A stretch of 64,000 nucleotides of DNA from Bacilli bacterium (GTDB taxonomy: Bacteria > Bacillota_I > Bacilli_A > RF39 > UBA660). The stretch lies in NCBI GenBank assembly GCA_017397685.1, contig JAFQID010000019.1, forward strand, positions 9,138 through 73,137, given 5' to 3'. Under the pieces are notes generated by a model. It worked only from the letters and a program-made list of their open reading frames with translations. It was not told the origin of the DNA and did no database searches. Both the position numbers and the translations under genes were made by a program. Of the stretch, positions 51,517 through 61,344 are shown in pieces (the first letter of the stretch is position 1; the number at the start of each line of letters is the position of its first letter).

Positions 51517-54087
51517 TTATACCCCACGATGATGACCTCTTTTTTTTAGGATATATTTTCTTATAAAGTCTACTGGAATGATTGTTAGTGAAATGATTAG
51601 CATTATTTCAAATTCATATATTGTAAGACCTGTTGTTCTAAATACTTCTCCTCCATAATACATGAGTATTATTTGCATTATTATTATGAACGATATTACA
51701 ATTAAAAATATTTTATTTTTTAAAAGATTTGCAAATATATTTAATCTGTAAGTTCTCGCGTTAAAAGCATTAAATATTGCTAAGAATATAAATAAACCAA
51801 AGAATGCTGTTAATAAATATTTATTTGATGGGTCTAATCTAAAAATGCTTTTTATTATGGGTGATTTTAAAAACCATATACATATTATTGTTGAATATAT
51901 TCCTGCGATTAGTATTTGATTTATCATGTATCTATTTATAATAGGTTCATCTCTTTTTTTAGGTGGTTCTTTCATATATTCTTTTAAAGCTGGTTCACAT
52001 GAAAATGCTAGTCCTGCGAATGTGTCCATTACCATATTTATCCAAAGCATTTGAACAACTGTTACTGGAGATAATATTCCTATAAAAGGACCAATGATGC
52101 TAAGCAGAACTGCACATAAATTTACACTTAACTGAAATATTACGAATTTTCTTATGCTTTTAAATATTGTTCTTCCATATAAGATAGCTGTTGAAATAGA
52201 GTTTATATTATCATCTAGTATTATTATATCACTTACTTCTTTTGCTACTTCTGTTCCACTTCCCATTGAAAAACCTACATCCGCTTTTTTTAATGCTGGA
52301 GCATCATTTACTCCATCGCCGGTCATTCCTACAGTTAGATGTAATTCTTGAGATAATTTTACTAATCTATTTTTGTCTTCAGGAAGTGATCTTGCAACAA
52401 CTTTTAAGTTAGGTATTATTTTTTTTACATTTTCATCTGATAATTTTTTTAGTTCATCACTAGTTAAAACAACATCATTATCACTTTCTATTATTTTTAG
52501 TTTTTTTGCAACTGATACTGCTGTTTCTTTTGCATCTCCAGTTATCATAACAACTTTAATACCTGCTCCTTTTATAGTCTTTATTCCTTCGTAAGCTTCC
52601 TTTCTTATTTCATCTTTTAATAATATAAATCCAAGCAAAGTTGATTTATTTATATCGCTTGTATATTTTGCCATAGCAAGTATTCTATATCCATCGCTCA
52701 TTTTTATTTTAAGGTTTTCTATATATTTATCTTTGTCTGTTAATATTTTTTCCATTCCATTATCATAAATATAAGTACATTTATTTAATATTTGTTCAAA
52801 TGCTCCTTTTATGAAAGTAGTGTTTATTTTATAATTTGTTGTTACCGCTGAATATTTTTTCTTACTGTCAAAAGCTTCAGTTTTTAAAATTTGATATTTA
52901 TCTTTTTTATCACTTTGTATAAAGTTTAGGATTGCCCTATCAGTTGTATTTCCACCCTCTGCTTCTTTTGATGAATAATAGCTATTGTTATTATAAACTA
53001 GTGATTGATATATTTGCTCAAAGTATTCTTGGTCATATTTTAATTTATCTATTTTGTTATATTCTCTTTGTTTTGTATCCATTATTGATATTACTTTTAG
53101 CTTTCCTTCTGTAAGTGTTCCTGTTTTATCTGAATATAATATATTTATGGAACCTGCGGTTTCTATTCCTACTAGTTTTCTTACTAAAACTTTTCTTTTT
53201 AGCATTCTTTTCATGTTTGATGAAAGTACTAGTGTTATCATCATTGGAAGTCCTTCTGGTACTGCCATTACAATCACAGCAACACTTAGTGTTAGTCCAT
53301 AAATTAAATGAGGGAAAAAGTTATTAAACTGTAGTATTTCATTTAAATTATAGCCATTTTTTATTATAAGTGCGTTAAATAAATATGATATTAATATTAT
53401 TAAAGCGCTTATATATCCAAGTTTGCTAATAGTGCTTGCTAAGTTTCTTAGTCTTGTTTTTAAAGGGCTTTCTATTGTTTTTTCTTGTATATCAGAAGCG
53501 ACTTTTCCATAGTATGTTTTGTCTCCTACACTAGTAATTTGTATTACTGCATTTTTTTCTGTTACTACTGATCCCATGTAAACATTTTTGTTTGTTACAC
53601 TTTTATGTTTTTCTATAGTTTCTCCAGTCAACTGACTTTCATCTACATAAAGTTCACCTGATATTACTATTCCATCTGCGGGAACTTTATCTCCACTTTC
53701 TAGGTAAACTATATCACCTACGACTACTTCTTCTAAGTCAATTGTTTCTCTTTTTTTATTTCTTAATACTTTTACATTTATGTTTGAGTTTTCTTTGTTT
53801 AATCTTTCAAATGCTTTTTCACTGCCATATTCTGAAATTGCTGAAACTAATGCGGCTAAAAAAATAGCGATTACTATTCCAAGGGTTTCGTATATGTTTG
53901 AGTCTTTAAATAAAAAAATTATTTTTATTGCTAGTGCCATTATAAGTATTTTTATTATTGGGTCATTTAATGATTCTATTACTAGTTTAAAAAACGAATT
54001 TTTATTTTTAGATGTTAATATGTTTTTTCCATGAATATTTCTAGATTTTTTTACTTCTTCATTTGTTAGTCCTTTAATATTGTTCAT
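51517..54087 (-). CDS. P-type ATPase, Ca2+-transporting (P2 type)
   Basis: DKTGTLT phosphorylation site; TGD; GDGVNDAPALKKADVGF; 10 TM segments. Confidence 0.9.
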   Translation of the reverse strand: MNNIKGLTNEEVKKSRNIHGKNILTSKNKNSFFKLVIESLNDPIIKILIMALAIKIIFLFKDSNIYETLGIVIAIFLAALVSAISEYGSEKAFERLNKENSNINVKVLRNKKRETIDLEEVVVGDIVYLESGDKVPADGIVISGELYVDESQLTGETIEKHKSVTNKNVYMGSVVTEKNAVIQITSVGDKTYYGKVASDIQEKTIESPLKTRLRNLASTISKLGYISALIILISYLFNALIIKNGYNLNEILQFNNFFPHLIYGLTLSVAVIVMAVPEGLPMMITLVLSSNMKRMLKRKVLVRKLVGIETAGSINILYSDKTGTLTEGKLKVISIMDTKQREYNKIDKLKYDQEYFEQIYQSLVYNNNSYYSSKEAEGGNTTDRAILNFIQSDKKDKYQILKTEAFDSKKKYSAVTTNYKINTTFIKGAFEQILNKCTYIYDNGMEKILTDKDKYIENLKIKMSDGYRILAMAKYTSDINKSTLLGFILLKDEIRKEAYEGIKTIKGAGIKVVMITGDAKETAVSVAKKLKIIESDNDVVLTSDELKKLSDENVKKIIPNLKVVARSLPEDKNRLVKLSQELHLTVGMTGDGVNDAPALKKADVGFSMGSGTEVAKEVSDIIILDDNINSISTAILYGRTIFKSIRKFVIFQLSVNLCAVLLSIIGPFIGILSPVTVVQMLWINMVMDTFAGLAFSCEPALKEYMKEPPKKRDEPIINRYMINQILIAGIYSTIICIWFLKSPIIKSIFRLDPSNKYLLTAFFGLFIFLAIFNAFNARTYRLNIFANLLKNKIFLIVISFIIIMQIILMYYGGEVFRTTGLTIYEFEIMLIISLTIIPVDFIRKYILKKRGHHRGV

Positions 54088-54132
54088 ATGTTCCTCTTAC
54101 TTAAATATATTATCTTTTAAAATATTTTATTC

Positions 54133-54161
54133 TTGACTTAAATATTATTTATATCTATAAT
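54133..54161 (+). promoter_or_regulatory. sigma-A-type promoter TTGACT-N17-TATAAT upstream of the paralog array
   Basis: Perfect -10 and near-perfect -35 hexamers with 17-nt spacer, about 30 nt upstream of the RBS of gene 54190. Confidence 0.45.
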
Positions 54162-54189
54162 AATTTTACTTGGAGGATTTTGAAAAATC

Positions 54190-54939
54190 ATGGAAAATAA
54201 TAATAATTCTAATAGTGAAGTTAGTAATGTAATAGATGAGTATAACGAGAAATACAAACGATTAAATGAGTTAAAAAGAGAACTTAAAAATAAAAAGTTT
54301 AAGAGAATATTTACATTTTCTACTACTTTAGTTTTGACTGGTGCAATGATGTTTGGCGGTTATTATATATTAAAAAATAAGAATGATGATATAAATTATA
54401 AACATGTTATAACTCAGTATCATTCAACTAAAAATGCCTTAGCTTCTTTGCCTGAGAGAGGTTTTTATAGCGAGGATGAGTTTTGTGAAACTCCTACTTT
54501 AGTTGTTAAAACACCATGGGAAAAATCTAAAACTAATGATAACTTTGTTAGATATGTTTATAGATATAGGTTAAATGGAGTTAACGAGCAAGCGTTAATT
54601 GATTATGTTGAAGCTGGTAATTATGATAATATCAAAGAAGTATTTACTTTTCTACCTGAACCTACACTAGGTGTTGAAAGTAGTGAAAATGCTGTGATAA
54701 GAGATACTTATGATATTGTATTAACTATTGATAGAATTGTTGGAGAACCTCTTATTATAGAAAATAAAAGGGGAGATTTGATTTTTGGGATATCTATGGT
54801 ATTAGGTTGGCTTGTAGCTCTTTTTGGTACGCGATATCCTCAATATCTTAAAGAAGAACTAGATTTGTTAAATGATGATTATTTAGAAGAAATTAATAGT
54901 CTTGAAAATGATATTTGTAAATTAAAGTTAAAGAAATAA
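54190..54939 (+). CDS. two-TM protein, paralog family member 1 (divergent)
   Basis: Same architecture as the next three genes (coiled-coil N-terminus, TM1, ~130-aa loop, TM2, acidic coiled-coil C-terminus); shared blocks YVYRYRLNG / YSRVVYTYNLN. Confidence 0.5.
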   Translation: MENNNNSNSEVSNVIDEYNEKYKRLNELKRELKNKKFKRIFTFSTTLVLTGAMMFGGYYILKNKNDDINYKHVITQYHSTKNALASLPERGFYSEDEFCETPTLVVKTPWEKSKTNDNFVRYVYRYRLNGVNEQALIDYVEAGNYDNIKEVFTFLPEPTLGVESSENAVIRDTYDIVLTIDRIVGEPLIIENKRGDLIFGISMVLGWLVALFGTRYPQYLKEELDLLNDDYLEEINSLENDICKLKLKK

Positions 54940-54965
54940 TTTATATACTTTAATAGGAGGGTTTT

Positions 54966-55751
54966 ATGAAGGAAGATATTAATAATTATTCTGACTATAA
55001 GGATAGCAGTGAGTTAAAAGAAAAAATAGATGAGTTAAAGAAAGAAAAAAGAAAGTATAATTTTAAAAAGGCTTTGATTACTTTGAGATATACTTTGCCT
55101 ACAATTAGTTATTTTGCTTTGACTCTAGGCGCTTCGCAATTAGTTTCTACAAAATGGGCCCCTATGCAAAAGTATGAACATATTGAATCTGAATTAAAAA
55201 AAGGGAGTACTCCTAAAATTAGCGAGCCGTTTTATAGCGAAAATAAAGAAGGACATTCTAATTTGATTTTTAAAATGCCTCCTTATTTAAGTCCTGATAC
55301 AGATAAGTATTCTAGAGTTGTTTATACTTATAATTTAAATAATATAGATATTAATAGTCTTGAAAATTGGATACAAAAAAATGATTATTCTGATATCCAA
55401 AATGCTCTTAAATTATTACCTAAACCTGTAGTAAGTGTTGAAGAATGTGATTATGAAAATAATGAAAATTATGAGGTAATAATTAAAATTGATTCTGTTA
55501 ATATTGATAAAAAAATTACAAGCAAAGATTATTTTACTTTTTATGGTATTTGTTTTTTAATCTTATGCTTTTATGCTCTTTATCAAATAGGAAATAGATG
55601 TGATTATCATCAGTATCCATATAAAGGTGCAAAGTTTTTTCCTAAATCTTTAATTAATGCTTTAGATGCGCATAAATGTTCTGAAAAATCTACAAATATA
55701 AAAGGACTTGAAAAAGAAATTGAAGAATTAGTTTTAAAACTAAATAAATAG
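54966..55751 (+). CDS. two-TM protein, paralog family member 2
   Basis: N- and C-termini nearly identical to members 3 and 4 (KEKIDELKKEKRKYNFKKAL.TLRYTLPTISY; LEKEI.ELVLKLNK). Confidence 0.55.
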   Translation: MKEDINNYSDYKDSSELKEKIDELKKEKRKYNFKKALITLRYTLPTISYFALTLGASQLVSTKWAPMQKYEHIESELKKGSTPKISEPFYSENKEGHSNLIFKMPPYLSPDTDKYSRVVYTYNLNNIDINSLENWIQKNDYSDIQNALKLLPKPVVSVEECDYENNENYEVIIKIDSVNIDKKITSKDYFTFYGICFLILCFYALYQIGNRCDYHQYPYKGAKFFPKSLINALDAHKCSEKSTNIKGLEKEIEELVLKLNK

Positions 55752-55775
55752 AAAGCTTTACAAAAATTGATAAAG

Positions 55776-55802
55776 AAAACTAGACAAAATCTAGTTTTTT
55801 TT
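55776..55802 (+). terminator. rho-independent terminator (aaaactag-acaaaat-ctagtttt plus T-tract), followed by a TGTTATAAT extended -10
   Basis: Perfect 8-bp stem plus T8 between paralogs 2 and 3. Confidence 0.55.
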
Positions 55803-55834
55803 GTTATAATATAGTCGTTCTTAAGGGGGATTTT

Positions 55835-56623
55835 ATGAAAGAAAATATGAATAATTATTCTGATTATAGGGATAATAGTGAATTAAAAGAAAAAATAGAT
55901 GAGTTAAAGAAAGAAAAAAGGAAATATAATTTTAAAAAGGCTTTGGTTACTTTGAGATATACTTTGCCTACAATTAGTTATTTTGCTTTGACTTTAGGTG
56001 GTTCGCAATTTGTTTCTACAAGAGTCTTTCCACATGCAAAGTATGAACATATTGAAACTGAGTTAAAAAGAGGAAGTACACCTAAAATTAGCGAGCCTTT
56101 TTATGGCGAAAGTAACGAAGAGCATTCTAATCTAGTTTTAAAAATGGCTCCATATTTAAATCCTGAGGGAAATGGTTATTCTAGAGTTGTTTATACTTAT
56201 AATTTAAATGTTGTTGATATTAATAAACTTGATGAATGGTTTCAAAACGTTGATTATTCTGATATGCAAAACACACTAAAATTATTACCTGACCCAATGA
56301 TAAGTGTTGAGAAATGCGAATTAGAAACACCTAGGGATAATGAAAATTATGAAGTTTTAATTAAAATAGATTCTGTTAATATTGATAAAAAAATCATAAG
56401 CAAAGATTTAACGGTTTTTTATAGTATATTGACTTTGGGGTTATTAATTTATGCTCTATGGCAGAGTGGAATGCGCGGTTGTTATATGGGATATGAAAAA
56501 GCACATTTTTTTCCTATGTCTTTAATTGATGGTTTAAATAACCTAAAGTTTTCTAATCAAGCCGATGATATAAAAAAACTCGAAAAAGAAATTGATGAGT
56601 TAGTATTAAAATTAAATAAATAA
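55835..56623 (+). CDS. two-TM protein, paralog family member 3
   Basis: See member 2. Confidence 0.55.
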   Translation: MKENMNNYSDYRDNSELKEKIDELKKEKRKYNFKKALVTLRYTLPTISYFALTLGGSQFVSTRVFPHAKYEHIETELKRGSTPKISEPFYGESNEEHSNLVLKMAPYLNPEGNGYSRVVYTYNLNVVDINKLDEWFQNVDYSDMQNTLKLLPDPMISVEKCELETPRDNENYEVLIKIDSVNIDKKIISKDLTVFYSILTLGLLIYALWQSGMRGCYMGYEKAHFFPMSLIDGLNNLKFSNQADDIKKLEKEIDELVLKLNK

Positions 56624-56644
56624 TTACATTTTTTTGGAGGATTT

Positions 56645-57451
56645 ATGAAGGAAGATATTAATAATAATTCTAGTAATTTAGAAAATAATGAATTAAAAAA
56701 TAGAATAGAAAAATTAAAGAAAGAAAAAATAGATGAGTTAAAGAAAGAAAAAAGAAAGTATAATTTTAAAAAGGCTTTAATTACTTTAAGATATACTTTG
56801 CCTACAATTAGTTATTTAGCTTTAGCTTTAGGTTCTTGCAGTTTTTTTTATAAATATGGCTCTGTAAAATATGAACATACTCTAAAGGAATTTAAATCAG
56901 GAAGCGAACCAAAAGTTAATGAGTTTTATAATGAAAATAAAAAAGAATATGCTAATTTAGTTTTTAAAGGTATTCCATATGTAAATCCTGATGGTAATAG
57001 TTATTCTAGGGTTGTTTATACTTATAATTTAGACAAAATAGATATTAATAATTTTGAAGATTGGTTACAAAATACTGATTATTCTGATATACAAAATTTT
57101 CTTAAATTATTGCCTCAACCTAATGTAAATATTGAAAATTGTGATTCTAAGTACTTTGATGAAGCGGAAAATTATGAGGTATTAATTAATATTGATCAAG
57201 TCAGCAAAACTATTTACGTTAAAGATTTTGACAAATGTATAACTGCAGCATTATATTTTATAGCGCTTTATGTATGGCGTCAATTTTCTACAAGAAATTC
57301 TTATAATGAAAAAGAAACATATAAAATCAAATTTTTCCCCGAGTCATTGATTAAAGCTTTAAAAAATCTTGAATATTCTGATGAAGCTAATGATATAAAA
57401 GAACTTGAAAAAGAAATTGATGGATTGGTTTTAACACTTAGTAAGATGTAA
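56645..57451 (+). CDS. two-TM protein, paralog family member 4
   Basis: See member 2; N-terminus carries an extra KEK repeat. Confidence 0.55.
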   Translation: MKEDINNNSSNLENNELKNRIEKLKKEKIDELKKEKRKYNFKKALITLRYTLPTISYLALALGSCSFFYKYGSVKYEHTLKEFKSGSEPKVNEFYNENKKEYANLVFKGIPYVNPDGNSYSRVVYTYNLDKIDINNFEDWLQNTDYSDIQNFLKLLPQPNVNIENCDSKYFDEAENYEVLINIDQVSKTIYVKDFDKCITAALYFIALYVWRQFSTRNSYNEKETYKIKFFPESLIKALKNLEYSDEANDIKELEKEIDGLVLTLSKM

Positions 57452-57550
57452 TAGTCTTGCTTTTTTAATGTTTTTTTATTTTTAATTCTTGATATTAGTT
57501 TAAAAGTACCTTATACTATAAGTATGTATATAATTAGGAAGTAGGTAGTA

Positions 57551-58039
57551 ATGGAAAGAATTGATAAAATTAATTATTATTTAGATATAGCGGAGACTGT
57601 TATTGAAAGAGGTACTTGTTTAAGAAGAAATTTTGGTGCGATTATTGTTAAGAATGATGAAATAGTTTCTACTGGATATGTAGGAGCACCTAGAGGAAGA
57701 GCTAATTGCTGCGATTTAAATTATTGTGTGAGAGAAAAACTTAATGTGCCTAGAGGTGAAAGGTACGAGTTATGTAGAAGTGTTCATGCGGAGCAAAATG
57801 CGATTATATCCGCTTCTAGAAGAGATATGATAGGTTCTACTTTATATTTAGTTGGAAAAAGTTATAAAGATGGATCTTATGTTGAAGTGGCAATGCCTTG
57901 TTCTTTTTGTAAAAGAATGATTATTAATGCAGGTATTGAGAAGGTTATAATTAGAGATAATAAAACTGATTATAGAGTTATTAATGTTAGTGATTTTGTA
58001 GAAAATGATGAAAGTGTTGAAGGAAAGATAGGTTATTAG
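57551..58039 (+). CDS. dCMP deaminase (CMP/dCMP deaminase zinc-binding family, ComEB-like)
   Basis: HAEQNAI and PCSFCKRMI zinc-binding motifs. Confidence 0.8.
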   Translation: MERIDKINYYLDIAETVIERGTCLRRNFGAIIVKNDEIVSTGYVGAPRGRANCCDLNYCVREKLNVPRGERYELCRSVHAEQNAIISASRRDMIGSTLYLVGKSYKDGSYVEVAMPCSFCKRMIINAGIEKVIIRDNKTDYRVINVSDFVENDESVEGKIGY

Positions 58040-58040
58040 T

Positions 58041-58967
58041 ATGAAAAAAATTGATATAATTGTTCCTGTTTATAACGAGGAAAGTAATATAGTTAAGTTT
58101 TATGAGAAGACTAAGGAAGAACTTAAAGGGCTTAAATATAATATTATTTTTGTTAATGATGGTTCTAAAGATAATTCAATAATTGAGCTTAAAAAAGTTT
58201 ATGAAAGAGATAAGGATATTGTTAAAATTATAAGTTTTTCTAGGAATTTTGGTAAAGATGCGGCTATGTATGCTGGGCTTAAGTTTTCTAAAGCTGATTA
58301 TGCTTGTATTATTGATGCTGATTTACAACAAAACCCTAAATATTTAGTAGAGATGTATAATTTTTTAGAGAGTAATAATGATTATGATTGTATAGCTATG
58401 GTACAAAAGTCAAAGAATAGATTTTTAGAAACTTCTTTTTATAAATTTATTTCTTCTTTGTCGAATTTACATTTTGAAAGTGGAGCATCTGATTTTAGAA
58501 TGTTTAGAAAGACTGTTGTTAAGTCTTTAGTTTCTCTTGGCGAAGTTAATAGATTTACTAAAGGAATGTTTAGTTATGTTGGATTTAATACTTTTTATAA
58601 AGAATATATTGTTGAGGAAAGAGTTAGTGGCGTAAGTAAGTTCAATAGACTTAATCAGTTTAAATATGCGTTTGATGGTATTACTTCTTTTAGTAATAAA
58701 CCTCTTAGAATAAGTACTTTTTTAGGAGCAATTACTACTTTTGTTTCTTTTGCATTCTTTGTTTATTTGCTTGTTAAATGTTTAATTATTGGAGATGATG
58801 TTTCTGGAGTTTCTTCTTTAATGTGTGCTTTACTTTTTGTTAGCGGGGTACAACTACTTTGCATTGGTGTATTAGGGGAATATATTGGTAAAGTATATAA
58901 TGAAGTTAAGGGAAGACCTGTGTTTATTGCTAAAGAAGTTATTGGATTTGATGATAGTATTTTATAG
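58041..58967 (+). CDS. family-2 glycosyltransferase (polyprenol-phosphate sugar transferase, GtrB/CsbB-like)
   Basis: N-terminal GT2 domain (PVYNEE...DGSKD...DADLQ) plus two C-terminal TM helices. Confidence 0.8.
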   Translation: MKKIDIIVPVYNEESNIVKFYEKTKEELKGLKYNIIFVNDGSKDNSIIELKKVYERDKDIVKIISFSRNFGKDAAMYAGLKFSKADYACIIDADLQQNPKYLVEMYNFLESNNDYDCIAMVQKSKNRFLETSFYKFISSLSNLHFESGASDFRMFRKTVVKSLVSLGEVNRFTKGMFSYVGFNTFYKEYIVEERVSGVSKFNRLNQFKYAFDGITSFSNKPLRISTFLGAITTFVSFAFFVYLLVKCLIIGDDVSGVSSLMCALLFVSGVQLLCIGVLGEYIGKVYNEVKGRPVFIAKEVIGFDDSIL

Positions 58968-58976
58968 GAGATATTT

Positions 58977-59387
58977 ATGAAAAAATTATATTATAAATAT
59001 AAGGAAATAATTAATTATCTTATTGTAGGTGGTTTAACTACTGTTGTTAGTCTTGGAAGTTATTATTTATGTGTACTTACTTTTTTGGATCCTAATACTG
59101 CGTTTGAACTACAGATTGCTAATATTATTTCTTGGATTTGTGCGGTTACTTTTGCTTATTTTGCAAATCGTAAGTTTGTTTTTGAAAGTAAAAATGAAAA
59201 TAAATTAAAAGAAGCTGGAAGCTTCTATATGTCTAGAGTTGCTACTTTACTTATGGATATGGGAATTATGTTTGTTTTAGTAACTCTTCTTAATTTTAAT
59301 GATAAAATTGCTAAGTTAGTTGTTCAAGTAGTTGTTACTGTGCTTAATTATGTTTTTAGTAAATTATTTGTTTTTAATAAGAAATAA
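58977..59387 (+). CDS. GtrA-family small membrane protein (glycolipid flippase-like)
   Basis: 136 aa with 4 TM segments and a GtrA-like N-terminal (LIVGGLTTVVSLGSYY). Confidence 0.65.
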   Translation: MKKLYYKYKEIINYLIVGGLTTVVSLGSYYLCVLTFLDPNTAFELQIANIISWICAVTFAYFANRKFVFESKNENKLKEAGSFYMSRVATLLMDMGIMFVLVTLLNFNDKIAKLVVQVVVTVLNYVFSKLFVFNKK

Positions 59388-60389
59388 TTAAAGCGACACT
59401 GTACTTTTAGCATTTAAATCTAAGGATGCGAATTCATTATTTTTATATAGTATATATGCTGCGGCGCCAATCATTGTTGCATTGTCGGTGCAGTATTTTT
59501 TTTCTGGCATTATCATTTGTACGTTTAGTTCATTACACATTTCTTTAAGAGAGTTTCTTATGAAGTTGTTGCTTGCTACTCCTCCGCTTATTAGTAGAGT
59601 TTTTATTTGAGTATCTATTAAAGCTTTTTTAGTTTTTGATATTAGATGTTTTACTGCAGCATTTTGAAATGAACATGCTAGATCATATTTATTTATTTCT
59701 TCATTTCTTTGTTTCATATTATGAACTTTGTTATTTGTATGACTTTTTAATCCACTAAAGCTAAAGTTATATGAATTGTCATTTAAAATTGTTGGCATTT
59801 GATATGTGTCTTTTCCTTCTAAGGCGTATTTTTCTACGTTTGGTCCTCCTGGATATGGAAGTGACATTATTCTGGCTATTTTGTCGTAGCATTCCCCTAT
59901 TGCGTCATCTAATGTTTGTCCTAGATATCTGAATTTATTTTCATTTTCCATTATTATTAGATCAGTATGCCCACCACTAATTATTAGGCTTAGTACCGGG
60001 TATTTTATGTCATTTCCTATCATATTAGCATATATGTGGCCCATCATATGATTTACTGCGATTAAAGGTTTTTTAAATATATAGCTAAGTGTTTTTGCGG
60101 TTTCTACTCCTACTAAAAGGCTTCCTAATAGACCTGGCGCATATGTACATGCGAATGCATCTATTTGTTCTAGTTTCATATTTGCTTTTTCAAGGCATTC
60201 ATTTATTACTATTGTTATGTTTTCTAAATGTAATCTTGATGCTACTTCTGGTACTACTCCACCATATTTTGTATGCACGTTTATTTGTGAGTTTATTATG
60301 GTAGCGATATCTTCTTTACCATTTTTTACTATGCTTACGCTTGTTTCATCACAACTTGATTCGATTGCTAGTATATAAGTATCTTTCAT
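59388..60389 (-). CDS. tsaD: tRNA N6-adenosine threonylcarbamoyltransferase
   Basis: Kae1/TsaD motifs ESSCDETSV, GGV.PE.ASR.H, HMMGH, GGVASN. Confidence 0.9.
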   Translation of the reverse strand: MKDTYILAIESSCDETSVSIVKNGKEDIATIINSQINVHTKYGGVVPEVASRLHLENITIVINECLEKANMKLEQIDAFACTYAPGLLGSLLVGVETAKTLSYIFKKPLIAVNHMMGHIYANMIGNDIKYPVLSLIISGGHTDLIIMENENKFRYLGQTLDDAIGECYDKIARIMSLPYPGGPNVEKYALEGKDTYQMPTILNDNSYNFSFSGLKSHTNNKVHNMKQRNEEINKYDLACSFQNAAVKHLISKTKKALIDTQIKTLLISGGVASNNFIRNSLKEMCNELNVQMIMPEKKYCTDNATMIGAAAYILYKNNEFASLDLNAKSTVSL

Positions 60390-60400
60390 AATATTCCTTT

Positions 60401-60733
60401 CTATTTATATCTTTCCATAATGATTGCTGTATTTTCTCCATAATATCTTTCTCTAAAGCTTATTTCACTAAATCCTAGTTTTGTGTATAGTCTTAATGCT
60501 TCTTTGTTGTGTTCATTTACTTCTAACATTATTTTTGAGTATTCTTCGTTTTCTATAAGTTCTTTCATTAGTTTAGTTGCTATTCCTTGTTTACGATTAG
60601 TCTCTTTTACGAATAAATTCATTATATCTATTACTGAGTCTACTATTCTTATTTCTAGGTATCCAACTTCTTCGTCATCTAATATATATTTATATAATTT
60701 ATCTGTATTTGATATTTGTTCTTTTTCTATCAT
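60401..60733 (-). CDS. rimI: GNAT acetyltransferase (RimI-like, short)
   Basis: Position between tsaB and tsaD plus GNAT core (RKQGIATKLM); only 110 aa. Confidence 0.55.
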   Translation of the reverse strand: MIEKEQISNTDKLYKYILDDEEVGYLEIRIVDSVIDIMNLFVKETNRKQGIATKLMKELIENEEYSKIMLEVNEHNKEALRLYTKLGFSEISFRERYYGENTAIIMERYK

Positions 60734-60734
60734 A

Positions 60735-61274
60735 TTATTCCTCTACATTTATTTTTTTTATATAGTTTGCTTTTATATTGTGTACATTTTCTGAATCTTT
60801 ATCTTTTAAATAATCTATGATTTTTTCTATATTTAAATTGTTAACAACTTGTTTATAGTTTGGTAATTCTGTAACATAAGATTCTTCTATTAGTATTTGG
60901 TCTTGATTTATCACTTTTATGTAGTATCCTTTGTTATCTTCAATTACTGCCATTTTTTCTTCTTTTGATTCGTCAGATATAAGATAAGCATCTAATGAAG
61001 AAATTGTGTTTATTTTCTTTTTTAAAGCAAATGCGATTGTTTTTGCAATTGAAAGGCCTATTCTTATGCCTGTGAAACTACCTGGTCCATTTATTACTAT
61101 TATGTTGTCTATGTTTTTGATATCTTCATTTGCTTCTTTAAATATTTCTTCTATTAAAGGCATTACGTATATTGAGTGTGAATAGTTACTTTCTTTCGTT
61201 TTTATAAAAGTTTTTTCTTTTGTTTTTAATGCAACTGTAATTAAACTATCATGTGTGTCTATAAATAATGTCAT
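60735..61274 (-). CDS. tsaB: tRNA threonylcarbamoyladenosine biosynthesis protein TsaB
   Basis: YeaZ-like N-terminus (LFIDTHDSLITVAL) and GPGSFTGIRIGLS block. Confidence 0.75.
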   Translation of the reverse strand: MTLFIDTHDSLITVALKTKEKTFIKTKESNYSHSIYVMPLIEEIFKEANEDIKNIDNIIVINGPGSFTGIRIGLSIAKTIAFALKKKINTISSLDAYLISDESKEEKMAVIEDNKGYYIKVINQDQILIEESYVTELPNYKQVVNNLNIEKIIDYLKDKDSENVHNIKANYIKKINVEE

Positions 61275-61344
61275 GTTTCCTCACCTCTTTTTTTCACGTA
61301 TATTATAACACTTTTGTTGTTAAATTGATATAAAAAAATGAGTC

